Program-made: the position numbers and the translations under genes
Notes under the pieces: generated by a model
The model's database searches: none
The model's input: only the letters and a program-made list of their open reading frames with translations
What the model was told of the DNA's origin: nothing
Shown here: positions 9,746 to 19,314 of the stretch, one piece after another
Position numbering within the stretch: the stretch's first letter is position 1
Layout of the letters: each line of letters begins with the position of its first letter
Source: Patescibacteria group bacterium
GTDB taxonomy: Bacteria > Patescibacteriota > Minisyncoccia > UBA6257 > HR35
Reading direction: 5' to 3'
DNA: 64,000 nt
Assembly: GCA_030549845.1 (NCBI GenBank)
Contig: JAUQQN010000002.1
Span: 53,307-117,306, forward strand

Positions 9746-11482
9746 ATGAACAAAATTACAATCCTAGAAATAATTCCTATTGAACCCTTACCCCATAATT
9801 CTCCAGATACATTCTTATATTTTTCAACAGAACCTGTTGAAAGGGGTAGTATAGTTAAAATTACCCTTAAAAATATTAAAACTTATGGTTATGTTTATAA
9901 TACAAAATTTATTGAAGATATTAAAATAATTTTAAAAGATTTAGAATTTGAGTTAAAACCTATCGAGGGCATCTACAAACAAAAAAGATTTATAAGCTCA
10001 ATTCAAGAAAATTTTGCTGAGTGGATTGCTAAAAATTATTATCTGTCTTTAGCTCATAGTTTTTATTTTTTCCTTAGTTTCTTCAACAAGATTGAAAATG
10101 ATATTGAAGCAAAGGAAGAAAAGGGTCACAAATTTTTGAAAAAGTATGAGAGTGAATTTAACATAAATAACTTGCAAAACCTCCCTATTTTAATAATAAC
10201 TCCTACAGAAGATTATGCAAAAATAATTTATGAAAAACTTGATGAAAAATATAAAAATAATGTAGTTTATTTAGATTTAGAAAAACCAAAAAGACATTTC
10301 AAGGAGTTTGCGAATCTAATTTTAAACAAAGAAATGAAAATATTTATTGGAAGCAAAAATTCTATATTCCTTCCTTGGCAAAAATTAAATCAAATTATTG
10401 TTTTAGAAGAGGGGAATATTTTTTATAAAGAATTCTTTAAATCTCCTTATTTTAATTATTTAAATTTAATAGAAAAGTTAGCTAAGCTTCTTAAGACAGA
10501 ACTTATATTAATCGACAAAATACCTTCTTTAAAAACTTTTTTCGATTTTACTTTAAGTTATAAAAATCTAAAAGAAATAGAAGTAAAAAAATTTGATAGC
10601 ATATTTGAGCTTGAAAAAATAATTAAAGACTATAAAACAATAAGGGTTTTTACCCCTTTAAAAATATTAAGCAAAAAAATAAGATGCAATGCGTGTTTTT
10701 ACGAGTTTTTGTGTCCTAAATGTAATTTTCCTTTATCTGTTTACGAAAATTCTGCTTATTGCAGAATTTGTTTTAAAAAATATAGTTTCCAAGACAAATG
10801 TCCTAATTGTAATTCAAATGATATCTATATTAAAGGAATCGGGGCAATTTGGTTAAAAAGGTTTTTAGAAAAAAATGGTTACTTTGTATGGTTTATTAAA
10901 AATAAAAAAGAAATCAAAGAATTTCTATCTCATAATTTTGAAAGGTTTATAATTTTAGGGAGCTATAATATTTTAAATCCATTTTTACCTAATACTGAAA
11001 TTTCGATTTTTGTTAATTTTGACCAAGCTTTTTATTCATGGAATCCATTTTTAAAAGAAAGATACATAAGAATAATTTATAAACTTTCTGAGTTTTCGCC
11101 TATAGTTTATCTTCACACAAATAAAAACATAGAATTTATAGAGAAAATAAAAAATTTTTCTATAATAAATGAAATTTTAGAAGAAAGAAGAATAAATAAG
11201 CTTCCTCCTTTTTATAGATTAGTAAAATTAATTTCAAGATTAAAAAAACTTGAAGAACTAAATAAAAGATTATTAGAAATAAAGAGAGAAATTGAAAAAA
11301 GAATTTTATTAAGCAAAGAATATGCAGAAATTAGTGGACCTTTTTTGGAAAGAATTCCCCTAAGAAAAAGGCGATATCAAATGTTTTTATTGATAAGATC
11401 CAAAAACGAAATAAATTTAAAAAAATTATTAAGCGATATTCCCTACATTGAAGAAATAAAAGCTGATGAAGAAGATATTTAA
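9746..11482 (+). CDS. priA: PriA-like primosomal protein with all helicase ATPase motifs degenerate
   Basis: N-terminal 3'-DNA-binding-like region. PriA-type Cys4 zinc-binding insertion (CNACFYEFLCPKCN...CRICF...CPNCN). C-terminal LPPFYRLVKL. Walker A absent (NLQNLPILIITPTED where GVTGSGKT is expected). DEEH replaced by LEEG. GSATPS replaced by IDKIPS. Arg-finger motif absent. Start chosen at the internal Met (MNKITILE) to avoid the mreB overlap. Confidence 0.65.
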   Translation: MNKITILEIIPIEPLPHNSPDTFLYFSTEPVERGSIVKITLKNIKTYGYVYNTKFIEDIKIILKDLEFELKPIEGIYKQKRFISSIQENFAEWIAKNYYLSLAHSFYFFLSFFNKIENDIEAKEEKGHKFLKKYESEFNINNLQNLPILIITPTEDYAKIIYEKLDEKYKNNVVYLDLEKPKRHFKEFANLILNKEMKIFIGSKNSIFLPWQKLNQIIVLEEGNIFYKEFFKSPYFNYLNLIEKLAKLLKTELILIDKIPSLKTFFDFTLSYKNLKEIEVKKFDSIFELEKIIKDYKTIRVFTPLKILSKKIRCNACFYEFLCPKCNFPLSVYENSAYCRICFKKYSFQDKCPNCNSNDIYIKGIGAIWLKRFLEKNGYFVWFIKNKKEIKEFLSHNFERFIILGSYNILNPFLPNTEISIFVNFDQAFYSWNPFLKERYIRIIYKLSEFSPIVYLHTNKNIEFIEKIKNFSIINEILEERRINKLPPFYRLVKLISRLKKLEELNKRLLEIKREIEKRILLSKEYAEISGPFLERIPLRKRRYQMFLLIRSKNEINLKKLLSDIPYIEEIKADEEDI

Positions 11483-12726
11483 AGATTAAATATTGTTTTT
11501 AAAAAGATTAAAAGATCTAAAATTAGACTTCTATTTTTTAAATAATATAGATCATATTCTAATTTTAATTTGCTTTCTTCTAAGCTTCTTACATATTTGT
11601 AATTCACTTGTGCCCATCCAGTTATCCCCGGAGTTACTATATGTCTTATATTAAAAAATGGTATTTTTTTATTTAATTCTTCTACTATATTAACCTGCTC
11701 GGGTCTTGGGCCTATAAAAGAAAGTTCTCCCTTAAAAATATTGATAATTTGAGGAATTTCGTCTAGATGTAATCTTCTTAAGATCTTACCAAAAAAGAAT
11801 ATTCTTTCATCGTTTTCTTTTGCCCATATTCCTAAATCCTTGCCTTCTTTCATTGTTCTAAACTTCAATAAAGTGAATATTCTTCCATCTTTTCCTACTC
11901 TTTTTTGTTTAAACAATAGAGGACCAGGGGAGTTTAAATAAATACCTAAACAAACAAAAGGAAGTAGGGGTAATGCAAATATTAATAAAACTAAAGAAAA
12001 AATAAGATCGATTAATCTCTTTAAATAAGTCTGGATTTTGTGTTCTGGATTAACAACTTCTTTCAAAATCCAATATTCATCAATTTCTTCTAATGGAATT
12101 AATCCTAAATTTTTTTCATAAAATTCAATAATTTCCATTAAAGGAATATTTAAACTTAATTTTTTAAAATCAATAAAAGGAGCAATTTTCCTACTTATTA
12201 AAATTAAATCGCAATCTTCATTTATATTTTGAAGGTTCTCAGATATTGCTAAAATATTTAAAAAACCTAAATTATTAAAATCTTCTAAAATTCTTTTATG
12301 TAATTCTTTCGGCGCTATTACTAAAACTCTTAATTTATAGTTAGATAAATATTTTGTGTAAAATATTTGCCTAAAAATTAAAAATAACGAAAAGTAAATC
12401 ATAACAAAAATTAAAAGATTTGTTTTAGGAGTTATTCTTAAAAATGGATTGAAATAGAAAAGTAGTATCGAAAATAATGAACCAAACAAAAATGCTTTTA
12501 ATGCATTTAAAGTTATTCTTTTATTAGTAAAAGGAGAATAAAGATTATTTACATAAAAACCTATAATCCAAAAAGGAATAGCTAAAGAAAAAGCTATTAA
12601 ATGTTCTTTCAAAGTAATATAATTGATTCCATATCTAATTATTACTAATAAAATTATAGAAAGATAAAAAATCAAAATATCTATTAACACAAGAAGAGAG
12701 AGAACTATTTTGCTAAAATTTTTCAT
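11479..12726 (-). CDS. Polyprenyl-phosphate glycosylphosphotransferase (bacterial sugar transferase, WbaP/WcaJ family)
   Basis: C-terminal catalytic motif SPGPLLFKQKRVGKDGRIFTLLKFRTM...LDEIPQIINIFKGELSFIGPRP. N-terminal TM helices. Confidence 0.85.
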   Translation of the reverse strand: MKNFSKIVLSLLVLIDILIFYLSIILLVIIRYGINYITLKEHLIAFSLAIPFWIIGFYVNNLYSPFTNKRITLNALKAFLFGSLFSILLFYFNPFLRITPKTNLLIFVMIYFSLFLIFRQIFYTKYLSNYKLRVLVIAPKELHKRILEDFNNLGFLNILAISENLQNINEDCDLILISRKIAPFIDFKKLSLNIPLMEIIEFYEKNLGLIPLEEIDEYWILKEVVNPEHKIQTYLKRLIDLIFSLVLLIFALPLLPFVCLGIYLNSPGPLLFKQKRVGKDGRIFTLLKFRTMKEGKDLGIWAKENDERIFFFGKILRRLHLDEIPQIINIFKGELSFIGPRPEQVNIVEELNKKIPFFNIRHIVTPGITGWAQVNYKYVRSLEESKLKLEYDLYYLKNRSLILDLLIFLKTIFNL

Positions 12727-13051
12727 GGTTCAATGGTTAACTTATTCCATATTTTTACAAAAATTTTATAACCAACAATCCAAATTATCATTAAAATAAG
12801 AAGTATTTTCCCAATTAGATTTAAAATCTTATCAATTGTTTCCATTTTTTATTATTTTAATCTCACAAGGCATATAAAATTTAGTGCCATATATAAATCC
12901 TATTTGAAACATTAAAAACCCAAATAGAAAAAGTATAATAAAAAGTTTAATTTTATTTTTATCCACTTTTTCTAATAAAGATTTCATCAAATGGTTTATA
13001 ATTTAAATGGCAAAGGGTTGGTTGGAGCTATTGCGGCTCCACCCTTTCCTA

Positions 13052-13078
13052 CCCCGCCTAACGGCGGGGTAATTTTTT
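13052..13078 (+). terminator. Intrinsic-terminator-like GC hairpin plus U-tract
   Basis: CCCCGCC-TAAC-GGCGGGG followed by TAATTTTTT. It is preceded by a second long imperfect hairpin at 13012-13049. Confidence 0.5.
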
Positions 13079-13083
13079 ATATT

Positions 13084-13156
13084 TGCCCCGGGAGGGACTC
13101 GAACCCCCAACCTTGAGCTTAGAACGCTCCTGCTCTTCCGATTGAGCTACCGGGGC
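13084..13156 (-). tRNA. tRNA-Arg (anticodon TCT)
   Basis: 73-nt cloverleaf. Acceptor GCCCCGG/CCGGGGC. D-arm GCTC...GAGC. Anticodon loop with TCT. T-loop TTCGAGT. No encoded CCA. Confidence 0.75.
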
Positions 13157-13186
13157 TTATTAAAATTATTATAAGACTTTTTAGAT

Positions 13187-14287
13187 TTAACTTAAAAATT
13201 CTCCTAATATTCCTACTATAAATCCTACAATATAAAATATCAGCATAAGATAAACTAAGGCATTTGGAATTTTGAAATACTTTTTTTCTTTTAACTTTAA
13301 ATAGCATAATAAAACAATAATTAAATTTAATCCTATGAACAAACTCCCTATAGCGCTAATAAGTTTAGCTAAATTTTCTAAGTTCAGAAAAATAAAACAT
13401 AATATAGGTAATGAAGTTAATACCCACGATTTAGATTCGCTTAAACCAAAATCAACATTTAATCCTCTTTTTAAATAAAATGCTAAAGCTATAAAGGTAG
13501 TAAAAATATTCAAAAATGCTAAAATCCCAGCTAAAGTTAAAATCTTAATATCTACCCGATTTTTTAAACTAGAAAAAGTTTCAGGGCTTATATTTTTGCC
13601 TACTATACCAACTATTGATATCGTAAAAAGTAAATAAATCAAAGAAATTAAAAAAAGGGCAATTAAATTTATTGCCAGCATTTTTTTCTTATTCTCTCCT
13701 ATTAAATCATAAACAATCTGCAAAGAAGAGTAACCAGTAAAAGCAAAAATTAAAACACCATAGCTAATAAAAGGATTAAAAGAGGCAGCTTGAATGTTTT
13801 TGAAGTCAACTTGAGGAAGGAATATAGATATTAAAAATATAAAAAGCAAAAGTAAAAGTACAGCGAGGGTTGATTCTACTTTGGCAAAAGGATTTATTTT
13901 TAAGAAAATAATTAGAATCACAAAAAGGGCAATAAAGATTTTTATTAGCAATGGATTAATTGCGAAAAATGAATTTATTATTGCTGGAATAGCTAACAAA
14001 TAAGCCCAAAAAACAAGTTGAGTACCAAAAAAATCTAACACCCATACATACTTTTTGAATTTTTCTCCTAATATTTTCCCGGCTAATCCAGGCAGATTGT
14101 GTTTTTCTTTAACCTGAAAAATTATCTCTGAGTAAATTAAATGAAGTAAAAAAAATGACATAACAACTAACAAAAACCAAACCCAAAAATAAAATCCTGA
14201 ATGAACAAATGCATAAGGTAAAACAAAAACTCCAAGGCCTATTATTGTACTTATTATTATTAAAATACTTTCTATAAAATTAATCAT
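13187..14287 (-). CDS. Polytopic membrane transporter, likely an amino-acid permease (APC superfamily)
   Basis: 366 aa with about 10-11 predicted TM helices; N-terminal GLGVFVLPYAF resembles amino-acid transporter signatures. Confidence 0.45.
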   Translation of the reverse strand: MINFIESILIIISTIIGLGVFVLPYAFVHSGFYFWVWFLLVVMSFFLLHLIYSEIIFQVKEKHNLPGLAGKILGEKFKKYVWVLDFFGTQLVFWAYLLAIPAIINSFFAINPLLIKIFIALFVILIIFLKINPFAKVESTLAVLLLLLFIFLISIFLPQVDFKNIQAASFNPFISYGVLIFAFTGYSSLQIVYDLIGENKKKMLAINLIALFLISLIYLLFTISIVGIVGKNISPETFSSLKNRVDIKILTLAGILAFLNIFTTFIALAFYLKRGLNVDFGLSESKSWVLTSLPILCFIFLNLENLAKLISAIGSLFIGLNLIIVLLCYLKLKEKKYFKIPNALVYLMLIFYIVGFIVGILGEFLS

Positions 14288-14696
14288 TTTTTCTTATTTT
14301 ATCTTCAATAAAAGGAAGAAGGGCTAAAATTATTAAAACTAAAATTGTTGTTAAGAAAGCCTCGATATAAAAACCTTGGCCTACAGCCATTCCGATTCCT
14401 GCAGTTGTCCATAAAGCTGCAGCTGTTGTTATTCCATAAATATGCTCATCTTTTAGAAAGATTAAACCAGCACCTAAAAATCCAATCCCTAACACAATAT
14501 TTGCTAAAATTCTTGCAGCTGCATCTGTAGGAAAATATATAGCACTTACAGAAAAAAGGGTTGCACCTAAGCTTACTAATGCGAAAGTTCTCATACCAGC
14601 TTGTTTTTTAAAAAAACTTCTCTCAATGCCGATTAAGGCTCCAAGTGTTGTTCCTAAAATAAGTCTATAAATAACTTCAATTATACTCATTTTCAA
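14280..14696 (-). CDS. MgtC/SapB family membrane protein
   Basis: GIERSFFKKQAGMRTFALVSLGATLF...ARILANIVLGIGFLGAGLIF...GITTAAALWTTAGIGMAVGQG, which is the MgtC family signature. Confidence 0.85.
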   Translation of the reverse strand: MKMSIIEVIYRLILGTTLGALIGIERSFFKKQAGMRTFALVSLGATLFSVSAIYFPTDAAARILANIVLGIGFLGAGLIFLKDEHIYGITTAAALWTTAGIGMAVGQGFYIEAFLTTILVLIILALLPFIEDKIRKND

Positions 14697-15216
14697 TAAG
14701 TTTAATGAACCTTTCGACTAATTTTATTGGATCAGCTTCCCAAATTATTTTATCATGACCCTTTTTTGCTTCATTAATGATTTCATCCATATATTTTTCT
14801 TCACCTCCAGAACCTAAAAGTATTGCCATTGGTTTTTTCTCTTCATATGCTATCACAAATTCATTTAAAGTACCAGTTCTTCCACATATAAAAATTACAC
14901 CATCTCCTGATCGCACTAAGATTAAATTCCTTCCTGAATGCCCTAAGCCTGTATAAAAAATCAAATGATGGTAATCCAAAGGCAAATTGTAAACTTCTAA
15001 ATGTTCTTTTTTATCAATGGCAGGCGAAAAACCCACTACAAAACCGCCATTTTCGTATGCTCCTTTTGCCGCCCAAAAAGGAACTCCTGTAGTTGCTCCT
15101 GTAACAACTATGATATTTCTTTTTGCCAATTCCTTACCGATCTCATAAGCTAATTCATTCACATTCTCAGAACAATTTTGTGTCTCTGCTGCTCCTGAAA
15201 TTGCTATTTTTATCAT
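14677..15216 (-). CDS. TIGR00725-like Rossmann-fold protein (LOG/Smf-related)
   Basis: IVVTGATTGVPFWAAKGAYENGGFVVGFSP...YTGLGHSGRNLILVRSGDGVIFICGRTGTLNEF pattern. Confidence 0.6.
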   Translation of the reverse strand: MIKIAISGAAETQNCSENVNELAYEIGKELAKRNIIVVTGATTGVPFWAAKGAYENGGFVVGFSPAIDKKEHLEVYNLPLDYHHLIFYTGLGHSGRNLILVRSGDGVIFICGRTGTLNEFVIAYEEKKPMAILLGSGGEEKYMDEIINEAKKGHDKIIWEADPIKLVERFIKLIENEYN

Positions 15217-15219
15217 TTT

Positions 15220-15414
15220 TTAATAATAAGCATATTCTAAAAAATCTTTTGGAGCAATATCAAGTTTACTTTTGTTTTTAATATTCTTTTTACCCCTTTT
15301 AACTCTACAATGATCTATCCCTGGTGATTTTTTTAGTAATTTCCCTTTTTTGCTTAATTTAAATCTTTTTATAAAAGATTTCCTTAATTTGCCTGGAACC
15401 ATTTTTGTTTTCAT
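15220..15414 (-). CDS. rpmI: Ribosomal protein L35
   Basis: 64-aa basic protein (MKTKM...KRFK...) immediately downstream of infC, the canonical infC-rpmI arrangement. Confidence 0.55.
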   Translation of the reverse strand: MKTKMVPGKLRKSFIKRFKLSKKGKLLKKSPGIDHCRVKRGKKNIKNKSKLDIAPKDFLEYAYY

Positions 15415-15415
15415 G

Positions 15416-15902
15416 TTATTTTCGACTTATTAATGTAAATAAAGTATTGCCTTGTTGTTTAATTTCATTTACTATTTTGAAAGGTATTTCTATATTATCT
15501 AATATTTTTTTCATTTTTTCTTTGGCTAAATCAATATGAATTAATTGCCTGCCCTTTAATATCATTTTTATCCTCACTTGATGACCTTCGTTTAAAAATT
15601 CCTCTGCCTGCTTTGCTTTTCTCAACAAATCTGATTCAGCCTCTTGGAAACTTATTCTAATTTCCTTGACTTCTGTTTTCTTTTCTTTTTTTGCTTGTTT
15701 TTTAATCTGATAAATATATTTATAATAATCTCCTAATTTTATGACAGGCGGGTCAGCTTTTTCTGATATTAAAATCAAACCGGTATTTTTTCCTTCGGCT
15801 ATTTTAAAAACTTCATCAAAATTAAAAATTCCTAAATTTTTACCCTCTTCATCAATTAATCTTACTTTTTTAAATTTTGCTTTTTGTAATCGTGGGTCAA
15901 TC
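15416..15902 (-). CDS. infC: Translation initiation factor IF-3 with a non-ATG start
   Basis: The track ORF (15416-15778) covers only the C-terminal domain (VKEIRISFQEAESDLLRKAKQAEEFLNEGHQVRIKMILKGRQ). The same frame continues upstream without stops through the IF-3 N-domain (KVRLIDEEGKNLGIFNFDEVFKIAEGKNTGLILISEKADPPVIKLG). The only plausible starts are ATT at 15902 or CTG at 15905, echoing the AUU start of E. coli infC. Confidence 0.75.
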
Positions 15903-15936
15903 AGTTCTCGTAAATAATTATAAATTTAAATTAAAT

Positions 15937-16410
15937 TTATAGTAAATGATCTGCTATTTTACTAGCAGCATAAGATTCTGGCTTTACTTTTACTTCAAAA
16001 CCATAACCTTTGATTAAATTAATAATTTCTTTAACAATACTATTGCTTTTGCCATTGGTTCCTAAATCTAGATGAACTTCAAAATCAAACTCCAATTTTT
16101 CTCTTAATAAATGACTTAATAGCTCTTTGCTTATTTCTAAACTAAAAAGTGCTTCTTTCCATAATCTTGAATATAAATCTAATAAATTGGAGAAAGTTCT
16201 TCTCCAGAAAAATCTTGCTCCGTATCCAACTCTATGAACAACAATCACAGAGATGAATTCTATTCTATCCTTTTGCTTTTCGGAATCTGTTCCTACTAAT
16301 ATTCTGTATTTAAAGTTCTTATTTTCTAGAATAAAATTTTTTATTTCATCAATTAACTTCTCTTTTCCTAATTTTAATCCTTTAGCTGTTTTAAATCCCG
16401 TTAAGTACAT
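15937..16410 (-). CDS. YkuK/DUF458-like RNase H-fold protein
   Basis: 157 aa containing RILVGTDSEKQKDRIEFISVIVVHRVGYGARFFW, matching the GTDS-containing YkuK family pattern as I recall it. Confidence 0.4.
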   Translation of the reverse strand: MYLTGFKTAKGLKLGKEKLIDEIKNFILENKNFKYRILVGTDSEKQKDRIEFISVIVVHRVGYGARFFWRRTFSNLLDLYSRLWKEALFSLEISKELLSHLLREKLEFDFEVHLDLGTNGKSNSIVKEIINLIKGYGFEVKVKPESYAASKIADHLL

Positions 16411-16424
16411 TTATTGAAAAAATT

Positions 16425-17366
16425 TTAACTTAATTCTTCGTAAGCTGCAATTATCAAAGCTGTTAAAGGAACAATTGTAATTACTCCTAAAATTCCACCT
16501 AATTTACCTCCTATTAAAATAGCGCTTAATGTAAAAACTGGTGGTATATTTAAAACATATCTTGCTACTAAGGGGACTAAAAAATTATTTTCTAATTGTT
16601 GTATTACTATAAATCCTACAATAACCCATAAAACTAAACTAGGATTATAAGAAAAAGTAATTATAATAGCAATTGATGCCGCGATAATAGGACCTATTAT
16701 AGGTATAATTTCTGTAATTCCAGCTATTAAGCCAAGAAGACTTGCATAAGGAATCTTTAATATAACTAACAAAATATAGGTAGCAATTCCTATAGTAAAC
16801 ATCAAAAATATTTGACCAATAAGCCATAATGCAAGTTTTCTTTTAATTTTTAAATAGACATTATAATATTCTTCCTTTTGAAGTATTTTTGCAAAAAATT
16901 TATTCATAAACTTAACTTGCGTGGAAACATAAAATGAGATTACTAATATCAAAATAATGCTAAATATACCTCCAACTATATTCAAAAAATTCGAAAATGT
17001 TCTAATAAATAGGTCAGGTGTTGGCTTATTAAACAAATCTTTTAAATAATCTTCTACTCCTTTCAAGCCTAGAGATTTTAAATAATCAATTAAATTTGGA
17101 AATAGCTCTTTTATTTCTGATAAAAGAATAGGGGTTAAAAGATAAATAGAAACCATAAATAAAAATAGTATTATTAAATAAATAAATGAAACTATTATTG
17201 TAAAAGGAAGTTTAATTTTGTTCTTTAATCGTAAAGACCATTCTTGAATAGCTAAACCCAAAATAAAACCCGTAAGAATAATAAAAAAAATATCTTTCAA
17301 ATACCATAAAAGAAATAAAACAGCAGGTATCAACCAAAAAAATAAGCTCTTTTTTAAATCTTCCAT
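16425..17366 (-). CDS. AI-2E family transporter (PerM/YhhT, UPF0118)
   Basis: Eight or so TM helices. C-terminal GLIAGITEIIPIIGPIIA...NNFLVPLVARYVLNIPPVFTLSAILIGGKLGGILGV. Confidence 0.8.
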   Translation of the reverse strand: MEDLKKSLFFWLIPAVLFLLWYLKDIFFIILTGFILGLAIQEWSLRLKNKIKLPFTIIVSFIYLIILFLFMVSIYLLTPILLSEIKELFPNLIDYLKSLGLKGVEDYLKDLFNKPTPDLFIRTFSNFLNIVGGIFSIILILVISFYVSTQVKFMNKFFAKILQKEEYYNVYLKIKRKLALWLIGQIFLMFTIGIATYILLVILKIPYASLLGLIAGITEIIPIIGPIIAASIAIIITFSYNPSLVLWVIVGFIVIQQLENNFLVPLVARYVLNIPPVFTLSAILIGGKLGGILGVITIVPLTALIIAAYEELS

Positions 17367-17381
17367 TCAATAAATTATATA

Positions 17382-18665
17382 TTAGAAATCTATTAAATTT
17401 AAATCTTCTTTTTTGATTTTAGAATAAGAAGGTAATAAAACGCCGCTTACAAGATTCTCTTTTCTTAAATATTTTAAAGCCATTTGTAAAACTTCCTTAG
17501 TAGAAATTTTTTTAATTTCTTTTAAAATTTCATCAACATCAGCTATTTTGTTATTTAAAATATACTCTAAGCCCATAAAATAACAGATATTTAAGGATGA
17601 TTCTAAAGAAGAAAGCAGACTATTTTTCAATATAGCTATGGCTTTTTCAAATTCTTCATTATTTAATTTTTCTGATTTTAATTTTTTTATTTCTTCCAAA
17701 ATTTTTTGAAAAGCAATAGTGGTTTTTTCTACTTTTGAGCCAGATTGAATATACATATAACCTCTATCAGTATAAAAATCTACATTAGCCCTTATATAAT
17801 AAGTTAATCCTAGTTCTTCTCTTATTGTTTTAAAAAGCCTTGAACTCATTCCAGCGCCTAAAATTGTAACCAAAACATTTACTAAGTATCTTTTATTTTT
17901 CAAAAAAGAAAGGCCAGGAATCCTAAAAAGCATAACTAAATGAGATTGAGTTAGATCTTTTTTATAAATAACTTTGCTTTTAAAACCAGTAGTTTTTTTA
18001 AATTTTTTCTTCTTGGGAACTTTATAATTATTGTAATTTTTAAAATATTTTTCTAAAGTTTTTAAAATTTTGTTTTTGTCAAAATTACCAGCTATTACAA
18101 TTAAAGAATTTTTTGAAGAATAATGTTTTTTAAAATAATTTTTAATTTTTTCACTATTAATTTTTTTGATAACCTCTTCTCTTCCTAATATTGACCAACC
18201 TGCTGGTTGATCTCCGTAACATGTTTTTAATGTTTCATCAAAAATAAGAGCAATAGGATTATCCTTATGAAAGTTGATTTCTTCTAAAATTACATTTTTT
18301 TCTTTTTCTATTTCTTCTTCATTAAATAAAGGATTTATCAACAAATCTGACATCAAATATATTCCTCTTTCAAAATATTCTGGTAGGGTTTTAATATAAT
18401 AACCAGTATACTCATAAGATGTAAAAGCATTATATTCTGCGCCAATTTTATCAAGCTCAAACCCTAAAGCTTGCGGAGAAGGAAAGTTTTTTGTTCCCTT
18501 AAAAAAAATGTGCTCTAAAAAATGAGAAATGCCATTATTTTTTTTATCTTCATAATCAGTGCCTGTCTTTACCAAAACTAAAATAGAATTAGTTGTCAAA
18601 TTAAATGAATTATATAAAAGCACCTTAAGACCATTTGAAAGTTGGTGCAAGGAGGGTTTTTTCAT
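17382..18665 (-). CDS. M16 family zinc peptidase (pitrilysin/insulinase-like)
   Basis: Inverted zinc motif HFLEH near the N-terminus (GISHFLEHIFFKGTKNF). 427 aa. Confidence 0.8.
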   Translation of the reverse strand: MKKPSLHQLSNGLKVLLYNSFNLTTNSILVLVKTGTDYEDKKNNGISHFLEHIFFKGTKNFPSPQALGFELDKIGAEYNAFTSYEYTGYYIKTLPEYFERGIYLMSDLLINPLFNEEEIEKEKNVILEEINFHKDNPIALIFDETLKTCYGDQPAGWSILGREEVIKKINSEKIKNYFKKHYSSKNSLIVIAGNFDKNKILKTLEKYFKNYNNYKVPKKKKFKKTTGFKSKVIYKKDLTQSHLVMLFRIPGLSFLKNKRYLVNVLVTILGAGMSSRLFKTIREELGLTYYIRANVDFYTDRGYMYIQSGSKVEKTTIAFQKILEEIKKLKSEKLNNEEFEKAIAILKNSLLSSLESSLNICYFMGLEYILNNKIADVDEILKEIKKISTKEVLQMALKYLRKENLVSGVLLPSYSKIKKEDLNLIDF

Positions 18666-18961
18666 TTTTCAACTAAAGAAGATTCTTCTTTAGATTTTGT
18701 TTTTACAGAAATAGGCCTTTTCTTTCCTTTGATGATTCTTTTTTTTATTAATAAATTCCAAACAGAATCACTCACATCTGCACCATTTGTAATATAGAAA
18801 TTTATTCTTTCTTTATCAAATTCACCTTCCTTTTTTCTTGGATCCCACCAGCCTAATTTCGCAATAATTTTCCCACTCAACTTGCTTCTTTTTTCTTGCA
18901 AAACTATTCTGAATATTTTTTGGTGTTTTTTGCCTACTGGCTGAAATCTTATTACAAGCAT
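18662..18961 (-). CDS. rpsP: Ribosomal protein S16
   Basis: MLVIRFQPVGKKHQKIFRIVLQEKRSKLSGKIIAKLGWWDP matches the bS16 N-terminus. Confidence 0.85.
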   Translation of the reverse strand: MLVIRFQPVGKKHQKIFRIVLQEKRSKLSGKIIAKLGWWDPRKKEGEFDKERINFYITNGADVSDSVWNLLIKKRIIKGKKRPISVKTKSKEESSLVEK

Positions 18962-18963
18962 CT

Positions 18964-19314
18964 TTAAACAAATTCTATAAGACTTAATTCGGCATTATCG
19001 CCTTTTCTTCTTAAGGGTAATTTTATAATTCGAGTATACCCTCCATTTCTATCCATATATCTTGGAGCTATTTCATAATATAACTTATAAGCAGATTTTT
19101 TAGGTAATCTAGCAATCAATTTCCTTAGCGCAGTTAAATTTTGCTTTTTTGCTAAAGTAATTAATTTCTCAACAATTCTTCTTAGATATTTTGCTCTTTC
19201 TGTAGTAGTCTTTATTCTTCCATTCATAATTAAATGATGTGCTAAAATTTTAAACAAAGCTTCTCTTTGATCTTTTTTTCTGTGAAATTTTTTTACTTTA
19301 CTTAAATGCCTCAT
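18964..19314 (-). CDS. rplQ: Ribosomal protein L17
   Basis: MRHLSKVKKFHRKKDQREALFKIL...GYTRIIKL matches bL17. Confidence 0.9.
   Translation of the reverse strand: MRHLSKVKKFHRKKDQREALFKILAHHLIMNGRIKTTTERAKYLRRIVEKLITLAKKQNLTALRKLIARLPKKSAYKLYYEIAPRYMDRNGGYTRIIKLPLRRKGDNAELSLIEFV

Noticed and set aside
12727-12990. Two very small minus-strand ORFs (about 50 aa and 22 aa) upstream of the sugar transferase
   Set aside because: They have no homology signal and are low-complexity hydrophobic peptides in AT-rich spacer. The 22-aa one overlaps the transferase ATG, but that is insufficient to call a gene.
13119-13307. Minus-strand 62-aa ORF overlapping tRNA-Arg
   Set aside because: It is read-through of the tRNA and the downstream gene end, with no coding signal.
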